A DNA stretch of 64,000 nucleotides from Saprolegnia diclina VS20 (Eukaryota): assembly GCF_000281045.1 (NCBI RefSeq), contig NW_008246076.1:1-64000 (forward strand). The letters run 5' to 3'. Shown here piece by piece: positions 10,437 to 21,275 of the stretch. The stretch's first letter is position 1. The number at the start of each line of letters is the position of its first letter. The position numbers and the translations under genes were made by a program. The notes beneath the pieces were generated by a model. It did not search any database. It was not told the DNA's origin and saw only the letters and a program-made list of their open reading frames with translations.

Positions 10437-11869
10437 GCCGAGTTCATGTCGAGCGAGAGCTGCTGCACCGACTTGATGAACGTGTCGACGTGCTCAGGGC
10501 TAAAGTCGGGTGCGCAGCCGTGGCCGAGGTTGGCCACATAGCCTTGCGTGCCAAACTTGGTCAGCATCTTCCCCACCTACAATAGTTGTTGTGAATTCCT
10601 CAAGTATCAAATTATCAATTCATGCCTCGGCGCGAATGACCTCGGGGGCCGCGTAAATCGCCGACGAGTCGAGGTTGCCCTGAAGCGACACGCGGCCGTC
10701 GACTTGAGCGCTACGCAGGTCGCGTCTTAGCCACTAAGATTTGACAGTGGTTTCGAGTACCGGACGGTCGCGGGGTCGCTCTGCCAGTCGAGGCTGAGGC
10801 AGTCGTACTTGGTGTGCGAGAGCTTCTCATACGCGTACTGCGTGCCCTTGGAGAAGCCGACGAGCGGCACGGTCGCGGGCACAGCCGCACGCACGCGCTC
10901 GGCAATCTAGTCATCTGAGTTAGAGAGAACGATGAATACGGAGCAACCTCGGCCAGGTAGGGAAAAGCAAACTCGTAGTAGTGCTCCTGCGTCAAGAACT
11001 CGGCGCCGACGCTCTCAAAGATCTGCAGCGCCTGCGCGCCGGCCTCGTACTGCGCGATGAGGTAGCGCACGCACACGTCGGTGATGGCCGCGAGCGCTTC
11101 GTGGGCGGCTTCCGGGTACTAGGAGCGCATGAGACGACACGTTTGAGAGAGAATGTGTAGTGTAATACCTTGTACAGGAACGTCTTGACCTTGTCCTTGG
11201 TGCGCGAGCCGCCGCCTTCGACCATGTAGGTGAAGAGCGTGAAGGGCGCGCCCGAGAAGCCGATGAGCGGGACCTGGCCCTTGATTTCCTGGCGCGCGAG
11301 GTTGATGGCGTCCATGAGGTAGCCGAGCGTCGCTTCAATGTCGGGCTTGATCACGAGGCGCTTGAGATCCTCCGGCGTGCGCAGCGGCTGCGGCAGCACG
11401 GGGCCAACGCCCGACTTCATTACGACCTCCATGCCCATGGCCTGCGGTACGACGAGGATGTCGCAAAAGATGATGACGGCGTCCGTGTTGTAGCGGCGCA
11501 GCGGCTGGAGCGAAACCTCGACCGCGAGCTCCGGCACTTGGCACATCTAGTGCAAATGGTCCGTGAGAGCTTACTAATGCAGCCAAGTACCGTGAAGAAG
11601 TCGTAGCCGGCGCTGCGCAGCGCGCGGAACTCGGGCAAGTGGCGGCCGGCCTGGCGCATGCACCACACGGGCACGCGCTCGGTCTTCTGGCCGAGGTACG
11701 CGCGCACGAGCAGGTCGTTCTTGAGGCGCGGCAGCTGGTCGAGCGGCAGGCGCTTGATGGGCGTGCGCTTCATCGGGTACGGGCGCTCGGCCTTCTGGCG
11801 CTGGCGCAGGACGATCATGGCGACGGCGGCCGCGACGACGGCGAGAAGCGGGACCACAGCTTTCGCCAT
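10433..11869 (-). CDS. UROD: Uroporphyrinogen decarboxylase with N-terminal hydrophobic extension (5 introns)
   Basis: Motifs [38 protein letters not shown]. Confidence 0.97.
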
Positions 11870-12292
11870 CTCTTCAAGAATGAACGAAGCACCACGAAAA
11901 CGAATCCACTCGTTCCCACACTATTGACGGTGCGTTGTAAATGGTGTATTGTGGATACCTGCAAGTGGCCGGTGATTGACTCATTTAGCGTAGCACATCA
12001 GTATTTTCACACACTATTTATGACGAATCGGTGATGGTGTATCGTGGATGTCTGCAAGTGACCGGTGATTGGCTCATTGCTCGTGACACGCTGGACGTGG
12101 CGCCAGTCGCAGGTGGCGCCAAACCTGCTCGATCGGACGAGGGCGAGAAGGACAGCTTGTCGAAAGTAGTCCGAGCAAGTGGGTTTCAGAAAAAGCAAGT
12201 TGCAGACTTTTGTTCTGTGGTGAATTTGGTGATAGTCCACTGATTCTGGGTTGATATTTCGACATGATTTCGGGGATATTCACTTACTACGC

Positions 12293-13136
12293 TCAAGAAT
12301 AGCAAAAATATATGTGGTGTGGTTCTTGTCGCGAGAAGGTGCAGTTGACGTTGGCCAAGAAAGCCCTTTCGTCGTCCGAGAGGTCGATCGTGTCGAGATA
12401 TTGTCCCGAAATCTCCCTACGCATCGTGCAATCTTGAGGGTAAGCGAACGTAAGTACTAGTACTAAAGTACAGAGTCTTGAGCGCCTGGAGGCCAAAGTC
12501 CTCTTTAGGAATCCAGCGGACGCCGGCCTTGCACAGCACAAGCGTTTCAACGAATGGCGGAAACACATGTTCCTGGATCGACAGCTTGACGTTCTCGATC
12601 CACGTACCAGGATAAATGGATTCTTGAGACTGCTTTGAGAGAGAAGACGTACAAGGACGTTAGCGACGACTTGGTCAAGGCGCCGTCGAGGAGCGTGAGC
12701 CGGTGTTTTTCGTCGTTGTAGTTTTTGAGCTCCCTAACCAAAGATTCAATAGTCTCTGCCGGTTGAAGGGTGGCTACAGCTCGGTGATGTTGTCGGCGCG
12801 GTAGTCCTCGACGATACGGACCGGCTCTGCGCGACCAAACGAGCCCGACACGCCGCGGATCCCGATGACGTACGAGCCGTTGCGGGCCCACGTGTTGGTG
12901 AGGCACTGGAGCGTGCACCCGGCCTCGGGCGCCTCGACGCACGTGCCCAGCGACGACGGTTGGCACGTAAAGTCGTCATACTTGCTCGGGTAATAGACGC
13001 AGCTCTGGGCCTTAACGCCGTCTTGGAGCGGGCAAATGTCACCGCAGAGCTCGGCGCTGGACGTTAGAGCATGGCCATCCGGACAAGCGAGCGCTGTCGC
13101 AAGCATTGACGCGAACAAGGCAATGCTGGTGCGCAT
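12293..13136 (-). CDS. Secreted Cys-rich protein with short LRR-like C-terminal part (paralog 1, 3 introns)
   Basis: Signal peptide MRTSIALFASMLATALA; Cys-rich exon 1; LxxLxL-type segments (VETLVLCKAGVRWIP, LKTL-EISGQ). Paralogous to 13502-14319. Confidence 0.8.
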
Positions 13137-13501
13137 GATGGATCACAATTGAGGTTGCAGTTGTCGAGCACCAGCTTTTGTTCGGTCGAAGAGACCAGAC
13201 GATGCGGATTCTCGAAGCTTTTTCGATCGCCCCGTAGAGCATTCATGTGCCACTTATGTTGTTTCTAATATGCAAGCTAAAATTGTGGTAGGTCATTAGC
13301 TTCCGCGTTCTACATTGTAGTGCTTTGCCTTGTTCAGACGTGTGCAATGCACTTGGCTTGACGTTGTTGAGCGGCGTGCGATGCGGCGGATGCCTCTACG
13401 TCCGTATTTTACTAGGAATTAAGTGTATGTCGTTGGTATATTGGTGGCACCGCGACGAGAGCGAATAGACAAGTTCAAATGGTTACATCATGCAAACACA
13501 G

Positions 13502-14319
13502 CTAGCCAAACGTGCAGTTGACGTTGCGGACGAACGCCGCTTCTTCCTTGCTCAGCCACGACGTGTCGAGAAACTGGCCCGAGATTTCCCTAGTACATTG
13601 CTTAGCCCATGGAACGCAACCATAGTAATGTACAGTGTTTCGAGCTGAGTGAGCGTAAAGACCTCCTTGGGGATGCGGCGGAGACCTGTCTTGCGCAGCA
13701 CGAGCGAGCGCAAGTGCGGCGGAAAGACGTTCTTCTGAAGCGCCAAGTCGACGTTCTCAATGCGCCTAGGCACGGCATCGATCCTCGGCGAGGACAACCG
13801 GCGACTCGTACAAAGACGTCAGTGAAGAGCGGTTGAAGGCGCCGTCGAGGAGCGTCAAGGGGTATTTTTCGCTGTTGTAGTTGGTCAAAACCCTAACCCC
13901 AACCGACAAATAAACATTTTGCGGACAGACAGAGGCACGTACAGCTCAGAGATGCTGTCGGCGCGATAGTCCTGGACAAACCGGACCGGCTCGGCGCGAC
14001 CGAACGAGCCGGTGGTGCCACGGAGCCCGATGGCGTACGAGCCGTTCTGGGCCCACGAGTTGCTGAGGCACTTGACCGCGCCGCTGCCATCCGGTCTCGC
14101 GACGCACTGCCCGAGCGACGACGGCTCACACGGGAAATCGGTTAGGATCGAGGGGTACGAGACGCAGCTTTGGGCCGTCCCCGACGCCTGCACCGGGCAC
14201 ACGTTGCCGCACAAGCCCGGCGACGACGTGAGAACGTGTTGCGTTGGCCACGTCAAGGCCAGAACGGTCGCGAGAGAGAGAAGCATGGCCAAACGTACAC
14301 TGAGCTCCTTCCTCCACAT
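13502..14319 (-). CDS. Secreted Cys-rich protein with short LRR-like C-terminal part (paralog 2, 3 introns)
   Basis: Signal-like MLLSLATVLA; GSFGRAEPVR shared with paralog 1; FPPHLRSLVLRKTGLRRIPKEVFTLTQLETL; ends NVNCTFG*. Confidence 0.8.
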
Positions 14320-14398
14320 AGTTGCTACACGAGTCGAGGACGCAAATCCGAACAAAACCGAAGCTTCGATTGTCTAGGCGCACGCAAATGTATTCCGA

Positions 14399-15582
14399 CT
14401 ACGACTGCATCGGAAGCGAGATGGCTTGCTTGAGCTTCATGGCGGTGTGGACCGTCAAGATCGCCGAGCGCAACGACCGGCGCGAGTTGAGTTTCCGCAG
14501 CTCCGTCATGGCGGTTGTCAGCGGCACGTACACCTGCGGTGCATGCGTCGTGAACCACGCGTCTTGCAGCAGCGTGTGCGCTGACGCCCTACACGCTTAG
14601 CATTCGCAAGTCGGTCAGGAAGAGAGCGAGATAGTACCGCTCCGAGGGTACCACCACGAGCATGCGGGCGACAAAGGCCTTGGCACTCGGAGAGATGAGG
14701 TCCCAGTGCGGCGACGGGAACGCGTAGGCGCCGGCCTTGATCATGCGAAACATCTTTGCGGGATTCTTGTCGAAAAACGGCAAAAAGCCGCAAAGCAGCG
14801 CGTACGTGATGACGCCGATGGACCAAATGTCGACCGCCTTGTCGTACGGCGCCTTGGTCGAGACGAGCACTTCGGGCGCGACGTAGGCCGGTGACCCGCA
14901 CATGGTCGTGAGGTACGCGTCGTCCTTGGCCAGGCCAAAGTCGGCAATCTTGATGACGGCGTCGTCGCCGCGGGAGCTCAAGAGGATGTTTTCCGGCTAC
15001 GCCGTGCTCAAACTCAAATTCAACGTTGAGAATGGATCACCTTGAGGTCACGGTGGACAATGTGCATGTCGTGACAATACGCGACCGCTTCGAGGAGCGC
15101 GCGGACAACGTTCTTGGCCTCAAGCTCCGTGTACACCGTCTGAGTGTTGAGTTAGTCAATCGAGTAGTCAATGTATAGTGTACCTTGTCGACGATGCGGT
15201 CAAAGAGGTCGCCGCCTTCCATGAGGTCGGTGACGATGTAGCCGCAGTTCTCTTCGAGGAAGAAGGCGTGGCACCGGATCACGTGCGGGTGGTTGAGCTG
15301 CTTGAGGATCGAGACCTCGCGCTGGATGCTCACGAGGTCCATGGCCGAGACTTGCTTGAGGTCCAAGCACTTGACAGCAACGGTGGCACCCGTCGCGACG
15401 TGCGTGCCCCGGCGCACGACCGAGAAGGCGCCTTCACCGATCTTGGGCCCGAGCGTGTACGCGGCCGCGAAGCGCGTGCAGGCCATGACCTGCGCCTTCT
15501 TGGCCTTGAGCGGCGCGAGGTCGTCGACGGACTTGCCGCGCACGTCGCTGCCGGGGCACTGGACCGAGAGGTTGCAGCCCAT
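14399..15582 (-). CDS. CaMK-group Ser/Thr protein kinase (3 introns), N-terminal MGC acylation motif
   Basis: IGEGAFSVV, VAVK, HRDLKPEN, DFG, CGSPAYVAPE, DIWSIG; C-terminal calmodulin-binding-like LRKLNSRRSLRSAILTV. Confidence 0.95.
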
Positions 15583-15909
15583 ATTGCTCCTGCTGCCAAG
15601 ATGCCAAAGATCATCCGGTTGGGCTAATTTTGGATGGCCTTTCTCATGGGCTTGGCTTGGCGCACGCAACCTGAACGTGGCCCAGCAGAGGCGCCGCATG
15701 CACATCGACAGCACGACCAGTGGACTTGCTGGTCCTCTTTCTATTTGATTGCACGTATGGGGGCGGTGCTACGAGCGGTCCATGGCGGCGACGTCGTGCC
15801 GGTATTGGTATGATCAAATTGCGTGATTCTAGATGAGGGTGGTCGGTACGAAAAAGGGGTGCTCTCACCACCCCTTCTGGATTGCATCGAATCTCGCAGT
15901 AGCTTGAGC

Positions 15910-17258
15910 ATGAACCAAGGCCATGACGACGACGCGACAGCAGACGCGCGCTGGCACAATCGGCTCGGCGCGCTCCTGAGCGCCAGCGGCAAGTACGCCA
16001 AGGCCGTCGCCCACTTTGAAGCGGCGGTGCGCCTGGACCCGACGTACGCGGCCGCGCACTACAACCTTGGGAATGCGCTCGTCTTCACGCGGCGCCAGGC
16101 CAACGACGACGAGGCGCCGCAAAGCGCGGTGGACCACTTTCGCCTCGCGATTGCGCATCAGCCGACCTTTCCCGACGCCCACGTCAACCTCGCCGCGCAG
16201 CTCTACGCGCTGGGCGACTGCGACGCCGCCCTGCTGCACGCTCGGACTGCGATTCAGCAGGATCCGACCAACGCCCACGGCTACTACAATCTCAACACGA
16301 TCTACCGCGCGCTAGGCCAACAAAAAATGGCCATTGAGCTCTGCTGGGCGCGCGTCCAAGCTCTTGTGGGCGAAAGCATCGAGCGGCCACCGACCGAGCC
16401 CGTGTACTGGCCGTCATCGCCGCCCTCGACCATCTCGATCGCCTGCGTCAAGTGGGGCACCAAATACGGACCCGACTATGTCAACAAGCTCTACTTGGGT
16501 ATCCAGCGTCATTTGGCAGCGCCATTTCACTTCTACTGCCTCACGGACGACGCCAATGGCTTGCTTCCACGTACGTCCTTGAATGCGCAGTGTGTTTAGT
16601 TGCTTCATCGTAATCGTAGAGATCCTCGTACACCCGCTCCAGTCGGGCTTTGTCGGCTGGTGGAATAAAGCGCAGCTTTTTGCCCCCGACTTTCCCGCCA
16701 CCGGTACGAAAGCCATTGGCGCGCGCTCACCAGGGCGACCGAGTAGGCCGCGTTGTATACATTGACCTCGACACGGTCCTCGTCGGCGACCTTACGCCCC
16801 TCTGCTCGGTACGCTATTTCGTCTGTAGCGCATATCCAGGGTGGTGCAGTATGCAGGGCTCTTCGGTGTGCTTGGCACGGACGACATGCGCAACGAGCGG
16901 CGGCGCGGGGGCATCAACAGCAGCGTCATGATCTGGACTGCTGGCTCGCACGCGCACGTGTTTACGCTCCTCGCATCCCACGCAGCTGCGGTCCACCAGT
17001 GCATCTACAAGTTTGACCATTGGCTCGAAATGGTCTTGTACGAGCGCCACTACGACGAACTGCAGGTACTGAAATGTAGATCTTAGCGCGCCATTGGTGC
17101 TGATGTATTGGATCTAGCTTTTGTACCCGGGGCACATTGTCGAGTACATGCAGGCGTGCCAGACGACGTGCCCCGGTGCAGCGCGGCTCGTGTGCTTTCC
17201 GTTGGAGCCCAAGCCGCATTCCGCGCCTGCGCCGTGGATTCGGGAGCACTGGGTGTGA
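15910..17258 (+). CDS. TPR-repeat protein fused to a GT-A-fold glycosyltransferase-like domain (4 introns)
   Basis: TPR motifs (AHYNLGNAL, AHVNLAAQL, GYYNLNTIY), then CVKWGTKYGPDYVNKL, CLTDD, GWWNKAQLF, YIDLD (DxD), INSSVMIW, CFPLEPKPH. Confidence 0.85.
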
Positions 17259-17444
17259 ATTGCGATCTTTTTGTCCGGATAATGTATTTCATCCGGATTC
17301 TATGTGTTTTATTGCCGTTTTACTTGTGCTTTGTATACTGAGAGAATAAACTGCAAAACCTCTCACATATAATTTTATTTGTATCGAATGTCGGGGTCTG
17401 AAGATCGCCCCGCAATTCGATTTGCGGTCAGAAGACGAGAAGCG

Positions 17445-18379
17445 ATGTTCCGGAACCAGTATGACACGGACGTGACGGTGTGGAGCCCCCAAGGCCACCT
17501 CCACCAGATCGACTACGCCATGGAGGCCGTCAAGCAGGGTTCGGCCTGCCTCGGCCTGCGCTCTGCCACCCACGTCGTCCTCGCCGGCATCAAGCGCGTC
17601 AACGCCGAGCAGCTCGCGGACCCGCAGAAGAAGCTCTTTGAGATCGACTCGCACATGGGCATGGCCATCGCCGGCTTGACCGCCGACGCGCGCTCGCTTG
17701 CGCGCTTCATGCGCACCGAGTGCCTCAACCACAAGTTCGTCTACGGCAGCGCGCTGCCCGTGGCGCGCCTCGTGGCCGACGTCGCCGACAAGAAGCAAGA
17801 ATGCACACAGTCGTACGTGCGCCGCCCGTACGGCGTGGGCCTCCTCGTCGCCGGTGTTGACGTACGCTCGACGGCCCGAAGCGTACGCTCATGCACTCTG
17901 CCCTGTAGAAAAACGGCCCGCACCTCTTCCAGACGTGCCCGTCGGGCAACTACTACGAGTACAACGCGATCGCGATCGGCGCGCGCTCGCAGTCGGCGCG
18001 GACATACTTGGAGAAGCACTTTGAGACGTTCCCGAACAGTACGACTCCGCCATCTTGGTCGTGACATGTATCAACCATTGATAGGCTCCAAGGACGACTT
18101 GATCAAGCACGCGCTGCAGGGCATCCGCGGTTGCCTCGAAGGCAGCCAGGTACGACCCAACTATCTGCGAAGCCTGTTGCGCATGGAGGCCATGTATAGG
18201 AACTCTCGGCGTCCAACGTTACGATTGCGGTTGTCGGCGCCGACCAAAAGTTCATCTTGATCGAAGGCGCAGACTTGCAGCCTTATGTACGTCCTTCTGC
18301 ATGCTCGCGCAGCGCTCAAATGTGCATGTAGATTGATGCGGTCGAGGTCTCTGAGATCTCGGAAGACGCGCCCATGTAA
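17445..18379 (+). CDS. PSMA1: 20S proteasome subunit alpha type-1 (alpha6), 4 introns
   Basis: [47 protein letters not shown]. Confidence 0.98.
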
Positions 18380-18457
18380 AGCGCGCTCCGACAATCGACG
18401 ACGGCCAACGGCAAGCACCAGTAGTAGATGCGATGGTGTGTTGACTGCTTAAATACG

Positions 18458-18712
18458 CTATGATGCTTTGGCCTCGTCCTTCTCGACCTTGTGCCACTTG
18501 ACGCCCCAGCGGTCGTACAGCTCGTTGGTCGTGGCCGCGCCGACGTGCGACTTACGCCGGTAGCGCAAGGCCTTGTGCAGCAGCGCTGCGTTGCTGTGCG
18601 TGGCCGGGTCCTGGTCCAGCGCAGCCTGCATCTTGGCGATCGTCCGGTCGAAGCGGACCTTCGTCGCCTCCTCAGAGTAGCGCAGGTGCAGCGTCGGTCG
18701 CTTCGCCGCCAT
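18458..18712 (-). CDS. Small basic hypothetical protein (84 aa)
   Basis: Clean ORF with GC3-rich codons like neighbouring genes; several CCAAT boxes upstream (18764-18830). Confidence 0.65.
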   Translation of the reverse strand: MAAKRPTLHLRYSEEATKVRFDRTIAKMQAALDQDPATHSNAALLHKALRYRRKSHVGAATTNELYDRWGVKWHKVEKDEAKAS

Positions 18713-19336
18713 GAGGCCAATTCGAGACTGAAAGATCGCAAGCTCAAAAATAGAGACGTTGGCGATTGGTCGATAAAGTCATCCGCGCGGCCTACGATTG
18801 GCGGAAACACACTGATCATGATGCGATTGGTGGAAACCGTCGACGTTGGCCGCTGCCCAATGAAAACGCCGGATTTTAAACGCCGATCTTGGAAGCGCAA
18901 CCCTTCCGAGTTGAAGGGGCAGGGGGAGATGGCGGGGTGCTGACGAGCTAGCATGACGCGTCATCACTTTGCATGACGAGTCCTTCCTGCGCTCTCGCGC
19001 AGCCACGTCATCAGCCTGAGTGAGTAGAGAGAGTATGAAGGAGGTACCTCTTGGCCTGGACGTTGGCCGAAAATAGGCCCTAGGGACATCACGTAGGATC
19101 TTCAGGGGGGCTGTAGGGATATATCCCGTAGGATCTTCGCAGAGGCTCCTCGCCGATGAACAGGGAAGTCATGAAGCTTCCTCGGAGGCGCAGGCGTTTC
19201 AGCGTCGCGATCCCCCGGCAAGTTTTTTAGAGTTTTTGGATTCTCTTAAGTGCGGCTCGTACTTGACGTGATGATTATGACCCAACGGGAAGCGTACTTT
19301 ACCGGGCTCCATTTCAAGTCCCCAAGCCAAGCCAAG

Positions 19337-21237
19337 ATGGTGCTGTACGTGGCCGACGACGACGACCGCGATGGACCCTGCGACGTCGACATGGGTGAGC
19401 CCGTCGAGGGCATGGCCGACTGGCGCCGCCAGCTCCACGCCCACGATAGCATCGACGTCCAGAACGTCTTTGGCACCTGGTGCGCCGCCATGCTCCTCGA
19501 GGTACAATGACAACGTCGAGGCATGGCGCCTTATGCAGCGTAGGCGACGTCATCATCCGTGCGTGTGCGCTTCCACAACATGAACCCGGCGTGGGACGCG
19601 TGGTATCCCAAGCACTCGCGCTGCCTTGCGCCGTCCTCGACCAAGGTGCGTTGACCTCTGCGTCGCTGCTGGATCTTGCTCTCACTAGGCCAGCAACGAT
19701 GCACTGCCGTTCACGACGGCGCAGACCGTCGACCTCTGCTTGCACACCGAGTGGAAGAGTGCGAACGTGCTGCGCGTCCGCACCGACGAGGTCTTTGTGC
19801 GCGTGGCCAACCAAGGTGCCACGCTGCTTGCACTGCACTGGCTTCAGCCTACTGTTCTAGAGCGATGGGTGCCGTTCCAGCCGTCCTGGCTCGCGCCGCA
19901 GGGCTGCCACACGGCCGCGCCTGTCTTGGAGCATCCGGTCCCGCACACGCGCCGCGCCGTCACCACCGGATCGTCCTTTGACACGTACTGCGCAGCGCTA
20001 GCCCAGCACGAGCTTGCCCTCGTGCCGGTGCCTGGCGACGGCAACTGCCTCTTCCGCGCCATTAGCCACCAGGTACGGCTCTCTCGACGCTGCTTCCTAT
20101 GCATGTATCTAGATATATGGCGACGACCAGTTTCACGCCGTCGTGCGCGCGAGCTGCCTGGACTACATGGAGGCCGCGCAAGCCTACTTTGAGCCGTTTG
20201 TCCTTGGCGACATGCCGGCGTTTCTGCGCTACGTAGCGCACAAGCGGACGCTGGGGGTCTGGGGCGACGACCCGGAGCTCCAAGCGCTCTGCGAGCTCTA
20301 CGACCGGCCGCTCTACGTGTTTGTGTATGACCCGCGCGTCGGCGCCAAAGTGCTGCGGACGTTCCACGAAGCGTCGACCAACCCGCGTCCGCCGATGCGG
20401 TACCCCCTACGCTCTGTTGCCCTATTCCTATCGCTGGTGTAGCGTGAGCTTTTACGGCGGCGGGCACTACGACTCGGTCGTGCACCGGGGTACGCACGCC
20501 ACGCACCTTCTGCGGTAAATATGTCGGCGTCGTCTCTTTGCTCCTGCGAGCGTAGAGACCCGCCGGGGACGTACGAGCGACGGCGTCTCGCTGACATGCA
20601 GCGCCACCTCGCAGAGGAGCACGACGCGCTCGAGGTTGATTACCTTTTGGTATTTGTCAACTTAGAAACTGACGTGTAGCGCTCGCGCCTCGAGTTTCAC
20701 GGCCAGAGCTCGCTCGAAGACGCGTTCGCAGCGTCATTGGCCGCGTACGAAGCCCACGTCGCGTCGTCCGTCGAGGCGAGTGACGTCGCTACGGTCCAAG
20801 CCGAGAGCGAGCGTGATGCCCTCCAGGTACTTGGAAAAATGCGTCGTTGTCTCACGGTTTGTGCACAGGCGTCACTGTTGAGCAGCGTGCAAGCCGAGTC
20901 GGAGCAGGACCTCCTGCAGCAAGCTCTCCAAGCGTCTCTCCAAGACGCGCCTACTGTCGGTGGTGATGTCGACTTCCACGGCTCATCCTGCTTAGGCCAT
21001 CAAGAGCGACCAAGATGACGACGAAGCCCTCCTTGCGGTGGCACTGCAAGCATCGCTCGAGCCCGCAGCGTCACTGGACCCAGTACGTTGCGAATCGAGA
21101 AGAAGGAGTAGCTGCTCATAACTGACTAGTACGAGGAAGCACTGCGACGTGCGCTCTCCGAGTCGACGGCACACTTGGCTGCTGACGACGACGACGACGA
21201 CGCGCTCCAGCTCGCGATCCAGCAGTCGCTGCTGTAG
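19337..21237 (+). CDS. OTU-family deubiquitinase with two Tudor/Agenet-like repeats and four UIM-like motifs (about 10 introns)
   Basis: Catalytic GDGNCLFRA, WGDDPEL, GHYDSV; N-terminal WRRQL..IDV..GTW..A..VRVRF..WDAW; UIM-like LQQALQASL, LAVALQASL, LRRALSES, LQLAIQQSL. Confidence 0.9.
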
Positions 21238-21275
21238 CCCAAGAAACGCACAAGCTATTACGTATATGCAAGTTG

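Noticed and set aside
19081..19138. Two-copy TAGGGA..CGTAGGATCTTC repeat as a telomeric or CRISPR-like element
   Set aside because: Only two imperfect copies, no TTTAGGG array, no spacers; eukaryotic context.
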